Part shown: positions 1 through 6,133 of the stretch, piece after piece
Position numbering within the stretch: position 1 is the first letter of the stretch
Layout of the letters: every line of letters begins with the position of its first letter
Source: a virus
Lineage: Duplodnaviria > Heunggongvirae > Uroviricota > Caudoviricetes
Strand: one strand, 5' to 3'
IMG/VR virus record: IMGVR_UViG_2671181188_000003
DNA length: 6,133 nucleotides
Position numbers and translations under genes: made by a program
Notes under the pieces: model-generated
Databases searched by the model: none
The model's input: the letters and a program-made list of their open reading frames with translations, nothing else
What the model was told of the DNA's origin: nothing

Positions 1-282
1 ACGTCAGCCACCATGACATCCGGTGAGCGGTCCGGCGCAGTAATACGTGGTGTTTTTGATGACCCTGAAAATATCAGCTATGCCGGACAGGGCGTGCGCG
101 TTGAAGGCTCCAGCCCGTCCCTGTTTGTCCGGACTGATGATGTGCGGCAACTGCGGCGTGGTGACACGCTGACCATTAACGGCGAGATGTTCTGGGTGGA
201 CCGTGTTTCTCCGGATGACGGAGGGAGTTGTTATCTCTGGCTCAACCGTGGGCAACCACCGGCAGTTAACCGGCGACGATAA
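1..282 (+). CDS. FII: Head-tail joining (head completion) protein gpFII, 5'-truncated by the window edge; frame 1 runs from position 1 to the stop at 280-282
   Basis: Translation (…TSGERSGAVIRGVFDDPENISYAGQGVRVEGSSPSLFVRTDDVRQLRRGDTLTINGEMFWVDRVSPDDGGSCYLWLNRGQPPAVNRRR) matches my recollection of the C-terminal part of lambda gpFII; it sits immediately upstream of Z as in lambda. The ATG at 13 is internal, not the real start. Confidence 0.9.
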   Translation, partial: TSATMTSGERSGAVIRGVFDDPENISYAGQGVRVEGSSPSLFVRTDDVRQLRRGDTLTINGEMFWVDRVSPDDGGSCYLWLNRGQPPAVNRRR

Positions 283-296
283 ACGCAGGGTGAATT

Positions 297-875
297 ATGG
301 CGATAAAAGGGCTTGATCAGGCGATTGAAAATCTGAGCCGGGTTCGTAAAAACGCCATTCCGGCGGCTTCAGCAATGGCCATTAACCGCGTTGCTTCATC
401 CGCGATATCGCAGTCGGCGTCACAGGTTGCCCGTGAGACAAGGGTACGCCGGAAACTGGTAAAGGAAAGGGCCAGGCTGAAAAGGGCCACGGTTAAAAAT
501 CCGCAGGCCAGAATCAAGGTTAACCGGGGGGATTTGCCCGTAATCAAGCTGGGTAACGCGCGGGTTGTCCTGTCCCGACGCAGGCGTCGTAAAAAGGGGC
601 AGCGTTCATCCCTGAAAGGTGGCGGCAGCGTGCTTGTGGTGGGAAACCGTCGTATTCCCGGCGCGTTTATTCAGCAACTGAAAAATGGCCGGTGGCATGT
701 CATGCAGCGTGTGGCCGGGAAAAACCGTTACCCCATTGATGTGGTGAAAATCCCGATGGCGGTGCCGCTGACCACGGCGTTTAAACAGAATATTGAGCGG
801 ATACGGCGTGAACGTCTTCCGAAAGAGCTGGGCTATGCGCTGCAGCATCAACTGAGAATGGTAATAAAGCGATGA
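297..875 (+). CDS. Z: Tail completion protein gpZ (192 aa)
   Basis: 192-aa ORF, same length as lambda gpZ and with a highly basic, arginine-rich translation recognisable as gpZ; GGGTGA Shine-Dalgarno-like motif about 7 nt upstream of the ATG; position between FII and U. Confidence 0.92.
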   Translation: MAIKGLDQAIENLSRVRKNAIPAASAMAINRVASSAISQSASQVARETRVRRKLVKERARLKRATVKNPQARIKVNRGDLPVIKLGNARVVLSRRRRRKKGQRSSLKGGGSVLVVGNRRIPGAFIQQLKNGRWHVMQRVAGKNRYPIDVVKIPMAVPLTTAFKQNIERIRRERLPKELGYALQHQLRMVIKR

Positions 876-1267
876 AACATACTGAACTCCGTGCAGCCGT
901 ACTGGATGCACTGGAGAAGCATGACACCGGGGCGACGTTTTTTGATGGTCGCCCCGCTGTTTTTGATGAGGCGGATTTTCCGGCAGTTGCCGTTTATCTC
1001 ACCGGCGCTGAATACACGGGCGAAGAGCTGGACAGCGATACCTGGCAGGCGGAGCTGCATATCGAAGTTTTCCTGCCTGCTCAGGTGCCGGATTCAGAGC
1101 TGGATGCGTGGATGGAGTCCCGGATTTATCCGGTGATGAGCGATATCCCGGCACTATCAGATTTGATCACCAGTATGGTGGCCAGTGGCTATGACTACCG
1201 GCGCGACGATGATGCGGGCCTGTGGAGTTCAGCCGATCTGACTTATGTCATTACCTATGAAATGTGA
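872..1267 (+). CDS. U: Tail terminator protein gpU (131 aa)
   Basis: 131-aa ORF, same length as lambda gpU; translation [48 protein letters not shown]… is recognisable as gpU; start overlaps the Z stop (ATGA at 872-875). Confidence 0.94.
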   Translation: MKHTELRAAVLDALEKHDTGATFFDGRPAVFDEADFPAVAVYLTGAEYTGEELDSDTWQAELHIEVFLPAQVPDSELDAWMESRIYPVMSDIPALSDLITSMVASGYDYRRDDDAGLWSSADLTYVITYEM

Positions 1268-1274
1268 GGACGAT

Positions 1275-2015
1275 ATGCCAACACCAAATCCTCTGGCACC
1301 GGTGAAAGGGGCCGGGACCACACTGTGGGTTTATAACGGGAACGGCGACCCATATGCAAACCCGCTTTCAGACAATGACTGGTCGCGTCTGGCAAAGGTT
1401 AAAGACCTGACGCCCGGCGAACTGACCGCTGAGTCCTATGACGACAGTTATCTCGATGATGAAGATGCGGACTGGGCCGCGACCGGACAGGGGCAGAAAT
1501 CCGCTGGAGATACCAGCTTCACGCTGGCGTGGATGCCCGGAGAGCAGGGGCAGCAGGCGCTGCTGGCGTGGTTTAATGAAGGTGATACCCGTGCCTATAA
1601 AATCCGCTTCCCGAACGGCACGGTCGATGTGTTCCGCGGCTGGGTCAGCAGTATCGGTAAGGCGGTGACGGCGAAGGAAGTGATCACCCGCACGGTGAAA
1701 GTCACCAACGTGGGACGTCCGTCGATGGCAGAAGATCGCAGCACGGTAACAGCGGCAACCGGCATGACCGTGACGCCTGCCAGCACCTCGGTGGTGAAAG
1801 GGCAGAGCACGACGCTGACCGTGGCATTCCAGCCGGAAGGCGCAACCGACAAGAGCTTCCGTGCGGTGTCTGCGGATAAAACAAAAGCCACCGTGTCGGT
1901 CAGTGGTATGACCATCACCGTGAAAGGTGTTGCTGCAGGCAAGGTCAACATTCCGGTCGTATCCGGTAATGGTGAGTTTGCTGCGGTTGCAGAAATCAAC
2001 GTCACCGCCAGTTAA
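1275..2015 (+). CDS. V: Major tail tube protein gpV (246 aa), with a C-terminal Ig-like domain
   Basis: The ORF track opens at 1245, but that ATG lies inside U, whose stop is at 1265-1267. The ATG at 1275 is preceded by GAGGA (1266-1270), gives a 246-aa product equal to lambda gpV, and starts [20 protein letters not shown]… like gpV. Confidence 0.92.
   Translation: MPTPNPLAPVKGAGTTLWVYNGNGDPYANPLSDNDWSRLAKVKDLTPGELTAESYDDSYLDDEDADWAATGQGQKSAGDTSFTLAWMPGEQGQQALLAWFNEGDTRAYKIRFPNGTVDVFRGWVSSIGKAVTAKEVITRTVKVTNVGRPSMAEDRSTVTAATGMTVTPASTSVVKGQSTTLTVAFQPEGATDKSFRAVSADKTKATVSVSGMTITVKGVAAGKVNIPVVSGNGEFAAVAEINVTAS
1740..2012 (+). other. V: C-terminal Ig-like (Big_2-type) domain of gpV, from about residue 156 to the end
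   Basis: Ser/Thr/Val-rich beta-strand-like sequence [34 protein letters not shown]…[18 protein letters not shown]; the C-terminal domain of lambda gpV is a known Big_2 Ig-like fold. Boundaries are approximate. Confidence 0.6.
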
Positions 2016-2030
2016 TCCGGAGAATCAGCG

Positions 2031-2453
2031 ATGTTCCTGAAAACCGAATCATTTGAACATAACGGCGTGACCGTCACGCTTTCTGAACTGTCAGCCCTGC
2101 AGCGTATTGAGCATCTCGCCCTGATGAAACGGCAGGCAGAACAGGCGGAGTCAGACAGCAACCGGAAGTTTACTGTGGAAGACGCCATCAGAACCGGCGC
2201 TTTTGTGGTGGCGATGTCCCTGTGGCATAACCATCCGAAGAAGACGCAGATGCCGTCCATGAATGAAGCCGTTAAACAGATTGAGCAGGAAGTGCTTACC
2301 ACCTGGCCCGCGGAGGCAATTTCTCATGCTGAAAACGTGGTGTACCGGCTGTCCGGTATGTATGAGTTTGTGGTGAATGATGCCCCTGAACAGGCAGAGG
2401 ACGCCGGGCCTGCAGAGCCTGTTTCTGCGGGAAAGTGTTCGACGGTGAGCTGA
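2031..2453 (+). CDS. G: Tail assembly chaperone gpG (140 aa, the zero-frame product)
   Basis: 140-aa ORF equal in length to lambda gpG, with an acidic C-terminal region; GGAGA motif (2019-2023) upstream of the ATG; the slippery heptamer lies 6 codons before its stop, as in lambda. Confidence 0.93.
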   Translation: MFLKTESFEHNGVTVTLSELSALQRIEHLALMKRQAEQAESDSNRKFTVEDAIRTGAFVVAMSLWHNHPKKTQMPSMNEAVKQIEQEVLTTWPAEAISHAENVVYRLSGMYEFVVNDAPEQAEDAGPAEPVSAGKCSTVS

Positions 2454-2869
2454 GTTTTGCCCTGAAACTGGCGCGCGAGATGGGGCGACCCGACTGGCGT
2501 GCCATGCTTGCCGGGATGTCATCCACGGAGTATGCCGACTGGCACCGCTTTTACAGTACCCATTATTTTCATGATGTTCTGCTGGATATGCACTTTTCCG
2601 GGCTGACGTACACCGTGCTCAGCCTGTTTTTCAGCGATCCGGATATGCATCCGCTGGATTTCAGTCTGCTGAACCGGCGTGAGGCTGACGAAGAGCCTGA
2701 AGATGATGTGCTGATGCAGAAAGCGGCAGGGCTTGCTGGAGGCGTTCGTTTTGGCCCGGACGGGAATGAAGTTATCCCCGCTTCCCCGGATGTGGCGGAC
2801 ATGACGGAGGATGACGTAATGCTGATGACAGTATCAGAAGGGATCGCAGGAGGAGTCCGGTATGGCTGA
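2031..2869 (+). CDS. T: Tail assembly chaperone gpGT, made by a programmed -1 ribosomal frameshift: G frame 2031-2435, then re-reading from 2435 in the -1 frame to the stop at 2867-2869; about 279 aa
   Basis: The T-frame ORF (2435-2869, 144 codons) has no credible start of its own; the 'M' in the ORF track is the GTG inside the slip site. It continues open directly from the G GGA AAG heptamer, and the translation (…ELSFALKLAREMGRPDWRAMLAGMSSTEYADWHRFY…) is recognisable as lambda gpT. Confidence 0.87.
2429..2435 (+). promoter_or_regulatory. Programmed -1 ribosomal frameshift slippery heptamer G GGA AAG (X XXY YYZ) for G to G-T recoding
   Basis: In the G frame the codons are GGA (2430-2432) and AAG (2433-2435); slipping back 1 nt gives GGG AAA and continues into the open T frame. 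This is the same heptamer and relative position as the characterised lambda G-T frameshift. Confidence 0.87.
2848..2855 (+). promoter_or_regulatory. Strong Shine-Dalgarno sequence (AGGAGGAG) for H, lying within the 3' end of the T frame
   Basis: AGGAGGAG sits 6 nt upstream of the H ATG at 2862. Comparable motifs precede M (GGAGGTGG at 5397-5404) and L (AGGTGG just before 5737). Confidence 0.7.
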
Positions 2870-5411
2870 ACCGGTAGGCGATCTGGTCGTTGATTTAAGT
2901 CTGGATGCGGCCAGATTTGACGAGCAGATGGCCAGAGTCAGGCGTCATTTTTCCGGTACGGAAAGTGATGCGAAAAAAACAGCGGCAGTCGTTGAACAGT
3001 CGATGAGCCGGCAGGCGCTGGCTGCACAGAAAGCGGGAATTTCCGTCGGGCAGTATAAAGCCGCCATGCGTATGCTGCCTGCGCAGTTCACTGACGTGGC
3101 CACGCAGCTTGCAGGTGGGCAAAGTCCGTGGCTGATCCTGCTGCAACAGGGGGGGCAGGTGAAGGACTCCTTCGGCGGGATGATCCCCATGTTCCGGGGG
3201 CTTGCCGGTGCGATCACCCTGCCGATGGTGGGGGCCACCTCGCTGGCGGTGGCGACCGGTGCGCTGGCGTATGCCTGGTATCAGGGCAACTCAACCCTGT
3301 CCGATTTCAACAAAACGCTGGTCCTTTCCGGCAATCAGGCCGGGCTGACGGCAGATCGTATGCTGGTCCTGTCCAGAGCCGGGCAGGCGGCAGGGCTGAC
3401 GTTTAACCAGACCAGCGAGTCACTCAGCGCACTGGTTAAGGCGGGGGTAAGCGGTGAGGCTCAGATTGCGTCCATCAGCCAGAGTGTGGCGCGTTTCTCC
3501 TCTGCATCAGGCGTGGAGGTGGACAAGGTCGCTGAAGCCTTCGGGAAGCTGACCACTGACCCGACGTCGGGGCTGACAGCGATGGCGCGCCAGTTCCATA
3601 ACGTGACGGCGGAGCAGATTGCGTATGTTGCTCAGTTGCAGCGTTCCGGCGAAGAAGCCGGGGCATTGCAGGCGGCGAACGAGGCCGCGACGAAAGGGTT
3701 TGATGACCAGACCCGCCGCCTGAAAGAGAACATGGGCACGCTGGAAACCTGGGCAGACAGGACAGCACGGGCATTCAAATCCATGTGGGATGCGGTGCTG
3801 GATATTGGTCGTCCTGATACCGCGCAGGAGATGCTGATTAAGGCAGAGGCCGCGTTTAAGAAAGCGGACGATATCTGGAATCTGCGCAAGGATGATTATT
3901 TTGTTAACGATGAAGCGCGGGCGCGTTACTGGGATGATCGTGAAAAGGCCCGTCTTGCGCTTGAAGCCGCCCGAAAGAAGGCTGAGCAGCAGAGTCAACA
4001 GGACAAAAATGCGCAGCAACAGAGCGATACCGAAGCGTCACGGCTGAAATATACCGAAGAGGCGCAGAAGGCTTACGAACGCCTGCAGACGCCGCTGGAG
4101 AAATATACCGCCCGTCAGGAAGAACTGAATAAGGCACTGAAAGACGGGAAAATCCTGCAGGCAGATTACAACACGCTGATGGCGGCGGCGAAAAAGGACT
4201 ATGAAGCGACGCTGAAAAAGCCGAAACAGTCCGGCGTGAAGGTGTCTGCGGGCGATCGTCAGGAAGACAGTGCTCATGCTGCCCTGCTGACGCTTCAGGC
4301 AGAACTCCGGATGCTGGAGAAGCATGCCGGAGCGAATGAGAAAATCAGCCAGCAGCGCCGGGATTTGTGGAAGGCAGAAAGTCAGTTCGCGGTACTGGAG
4401 GAGGCGGCACAACGTCGCCAGCTGTCCGCACAGGAGAAATCCCTGCTGGCGCATAAAGACGAGACGCTGGAGTACAAACGCCAGCTGGCTGTACTTGGCG
4501 ACAAGGTCACCTATCAGGAGCACCTGAACGCGCTGGCACAGCAGGCGGATAAATTCGCACAGCAACAACGGGCAAAACGGGCCGCCATTGATGCAAAAAA
4601 CCGGGGGCTGACTGACCGGCAGGCAGCGCGGGAAGCCACGGAACAGCGCCTGAAGGAACAGTATGGCGATAATCCTCTGGCGCTGAATAACGTCATGTCA
4701 GAGCAGAAAAAGACCTGGGCAGCTGAAGACCAGCTTCGCGGGAGCTGGATGGCAGGCCTCAGGTCAGGCTGGAGTGAGTGGGAAGAGAGCGCCACGGACA
4801 GTATGTCGCAGGTTAAAAGTGCTGCCACGCAGACCTTTGATGGTATTGCACAGAATATGGCGGCGATGCTGACCGGCAGTGAACAGAACTGGCGCAGCTT
4901 CACCCGTTCCGTGCTGTCCATGATGACAGAAATTCTGCTTAAGCAGGCAATGGTGGGGATTGTCGGAAGTATAGGCAGCGCCATTGGCGGCGGCGCATCA
5001 GCGTCAGGCGGTACAGCCATTCAGGCAGCTGCGGCGAAATTCCATTTTGCGGCCGGAGGGTTTACGGGAACCGGCGGCAAATATGAGCCAGCGGGGATTG
5101 TTCACCGTGGTGAATTTGTCTTCACGAAGGAGGCAACCAGCCGGATTGGCGTAGGAAATCTTTACCGGCTGATGCGCGGCTATGCCACCGGCGGTTATGT
5201 CGGTACACCGGGCAGCATGGCGGACAGCCGGTCGCAGGCGTCCGGGACGTTTGAGCAGAATAACCATGTGGTGATTAACAACGACGGCACGAACGGTCAG
5301 ATAGGGCCACAGGCACTGAAGGCGGTTTATGACGTAGCCCGTAAGGCGGCAATGGATGTTGTGACCGGGCAGATGCGCGATGGTGGTCTGTTCTCCGGAG
5401 GTGGACGATGA
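2862..5411 (+). CDS. H: Tail tape measure protein gpH (849 aa)
   Basis: Longest ORF in the window; the translation is recognisable along its whole length as lambda gpH, with a hydrophobic N-proximal segment, a long Ala/Gln/Glu/Lys/Arg-rich predicted coiled-coil centre and a Gly-rich hydrophobic segment near the C-terminus. Start overlaps the T stop by 8 nt. Confidence 0.95.
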   Translation: MAEPVGDLVVDLSLDAARFDEQMARVRRHFSGTESDAKKTAAVVEQSMSRQALAAQKAGISVGQYKAAMRMLPAQFTDVATQLAGGQSPWLILLQQGGQVKDSFGGMIPMFRGLAGAITLPMVGATSLAVATGALAYAWYQGNSTLSDFNKTLVLSGNQAGLTADRMLVLSRAGQAAGLTFNQTSESLSALVKAGVSGEAQIASISQSVARFSSASGVEVDKVAEAFGKLTTDPTSGLTAMARQFHNVTAEQIAYVAQLQRSGEEAGALQAANEAATKGFDDQTRRLKENMGTLETWADRTARAFKSMWDAVLDIGRPDTAQEMLIKAEAAFKKADDIWNLRKDDYFVNDEARARYWDDREKARLALEAARKKAEQQSQQDKNAQQQSDTEASRLKYTEEAQKAYERLQTPLEKYTARQEELNKALKDGKILQADYNTLMAAAKKDYEATLKKPKQSGVKVSAGDRQEDSAHAALLTLQAELRMLEKHAGANEKISQQRRDLWKAESQFAVLEEAAQRRQLSAQEKSLLAHKDETLEYKRQLAVLGDKVTYQEHLNALAQQADKFAQQQRAKRAAIDAKNRGLTDRQAAREATEQRLKEQYGDNPLALNNVMSEQKKTWAAEDQLRGSWMAGLRSGWSEWEESATDSMSQVKSAATQTFDGIAQNMAAMLTGSEQNWRSFTRSVLSMMTEILLKQAMVGIVGSIGSAIGGGASASGGTAIQAAAAKFHFAAGGFTGTGGKYEPAGIVHRGEFVFTKEATSRIGVGNLYRLMRGYATGGYVGTPGSMADSRSQASGTFEQNNHVVINNDGTNGQIGPQALKAVYDVARKAAMDVVTGQMRDGGLFSGGGR

Positions 5412-5737
5412 AAACCTTCCGCTGGAAAGTGAAACCCGGTATGGATGTGGCTTCGGCCCCTTCCGTAAGAAAGGTGCGCTTTGGTGATGGCTATTCCCAG
5501 CGAGCGCCTGCCGGGCTGAATGCCGACCTGAAAACGTACAGCGTGACGCTTTCTGTTCCCCGTTGGGAGGCCACGGCGCTTGAGTCGTTTCTGGCTGAGC
5601 ACGGGGGCTGGAAGGCCTTTCTGTGGACGCCGCCTTATGAGTGGCGGCAGATAAAGGTGACCTGCGCAAAATGGTCGTCGCGGGTCAGTATGCTGCGTGT
5701 TGAGTTCAGCGCAGAGTTTGAACAGGTGGTGAACTGA
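5408..5737 (+). CDS. M: Minor tail (tail tip) protein gpM (109 aa)
   Basis: 109-aa ORF equal in length to lambda gpM; translation MKTFRWKVKPGMDVASAPSVRKVRFGDGYSQRAPAGLNADLKTYSVTLSV… is recognisable as gpM; ATGA overlap with the H stop at 5408-5411. Confidence 0.93.
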   Translation: MKTFRWKVKPGMDVASAPSVRKVRFGDGYSQRAPAGLNADLKTYSVTLSVPRWEATALESFLAEHGGWKAFLWTPPYEWRQIKVTCAKWSSRVSMLRVEFSAEFEQVVN

Positions 5738-6133
5738 TGCAGGATATCCGGCAGGAAACACTGAATGAATGCACCCGTGCGGAGCAGTCGGCCAGCGTGG
5801 TGCTCTGGGAAATCGATCTGACAGAGGTCGGTGGAGAACGTTATTTTTTCTGTAATGAGCAGAACGAAAAAGGTGAGCCGGTCACCTGGCAGGGGCGACA
5901 GTATCAGCCGTATCCCATTCAGGGGAGTGGTTTTGAACTGAATGGCAAAGGCACCAGTACGCGCCCCACGCTGACGGTTTCTAACCTGTACGGTATGGTC
6001 ACCGGGATGGCGGAAGATCTGCAGAGTCTGGTCGGCGGAACGGTGGTCCGGCGTAAGGTTTACGCCCGTTTTCTGGATGCGGTGAACTTCGTCAACGGAA
6101 ACAGTGACGCCGATCCGGAGCAGGAGGTGATCA
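5737..6133 (+). CDS. L: Minor tail (tail tip) protein gpL, 3'-truncated by the window edge (first ~132 codons present)
   Basis: Absent from the ORF track because it has no stop in the window. The ATG at 5737 overlaps the M stop (TGATG) and the frame stays open to the window end; translation MQDIRQETLNECTRAEQSASVVLWEIDLTEVGGERYFFCNEQNEKGEPVTWQGRQYQPYPIQGSGFELNGKG… is recognisable as the N-terminus of lambda gpL. Confidence 0.92.
   Translation, partial: MQDIRQETLNECTRAEQSASVVLWEIDLTEVGGERYFFCNEQNEKGEPVTWQGRQYQPYPIQGSGFELNGKGTSTRPTLTVSNLYGMVTGMAEDLQSLVGGTVVRRKVYARFLDAVNFVNGNSDADPEQEVI

Noticed and set aside
891-1136. Alternate-frame + strand ORFs inside U and V (891-1136, 81 aa; 1438-1668, 76 aa) and a short + ORF inside H (3128-3406, 92 aa)
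   Set aside because: Fully nested in different frames within well-supported structural genes; Arg/Pro/Cys-rich low-complexity translations; no ribosome-binding sites. Judged to be chance ORFs in GC-rich sequence.
1245-1274. N-terminal extension of V suggested by the ORF track (start at 1245, 256 aa)
   Set aside because: The ATG at 1245 lies within the U coding sequence, upstream of the U stop at 1265-1267. The ATG at 1275 has a GAGGA motif upstream and gives the 246-aa length and MP…NP N-terminus expected for gpV.
2435-2437. Independent start codon for T ('M' at 2435 in the ORF track)
   Set aside because: This is a GTG located inside the slippery heptamer, with no Shine-Dalgarno sequence. 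T is expressed only as the G-T frameshift fusion, as in lambda.
317-2526. Antisense ORFs across Z, U, V and G/T (for example 317-547, 606-911, 848-1060, 1595-2005, 2012-2302, 2151-2522 on the - strand)
   Set aside because: All are opposite confidently assigned + strand genes, lack start context, and have compositionally biased translations. There is no evidence for a reverse-strand gene anywhere in the window.
2973-2979. A7 run near the 5' end of H as a possible second recoding site
   Set aside because: In the H frame it reads GCG AAA AAA ACA, which is not a canonical X XXY YYZ -1 heptamer, and the alternate frames do not open into any extended ORF. It simply encodes Lys-Lys.
3507-5761. Series of long antisense ORFs inside and overlapping H and M (3507-4019, 4038-4568, 4514-5020, 5004-5669, 5327-5761, all on the - strand, 144-221 aa)
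   Set aside because: They lie entirely opposite a clearly genuine gpH/gpM coding sequence. Their translations are low-complexity, Arg/Leu/Cys/Ser/Pro-rich, as expected from the reverse complement of GC-rich GAG/CAG/GCG/CTG codons. No convincing ribosome-binding sites or recognisable protein features. Classic shadow ORFs.
1-6133. Defence system, toxin-antitoxin pair, CRISPR array, tRNA, or IS/transposon cargo
   Set aside because: No direct-repeat/spacer periodicity, no tRNA-like cloverleaf candidates, no inverted-repeat-flanked transposase-like ORF, and no unassigned coding space. All coding capacity is explained by the lambda-type tail genes.

Overview
This window is a canonical lambda-like (lambdoid) siphophage tail-morphogenesis module, all on the + strand and tightly packed in the lambda order FII(partial)-Z-U-V-G/T-H-M-L(partial). 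The translated proteins are recognisably close homologues of phage lambda gpFII, gpZ, gpU, gpV, gpG, gpT, gpH, gpM and gpL, with scattered substitutions, so this is a lambda relative or prophage rather than lambda itself. I identified these by reading the translations and recalling the lambda proteins, not by a database search. The conserved G-T programmed -1 frameshift site (G GGA AAG) is present at 2429-2435, and gene junctions show the overlapping stop/start arrangement typical of the lambda late operon. I find no rRNA, tRNA, CRISPR, IS element, moron insertion or extra gene, and no sequence-supported evidence for a novel or undescribed system; the long antisense ORFs in the track are best explained as shadow ORFs of the GC-rich coding strand.
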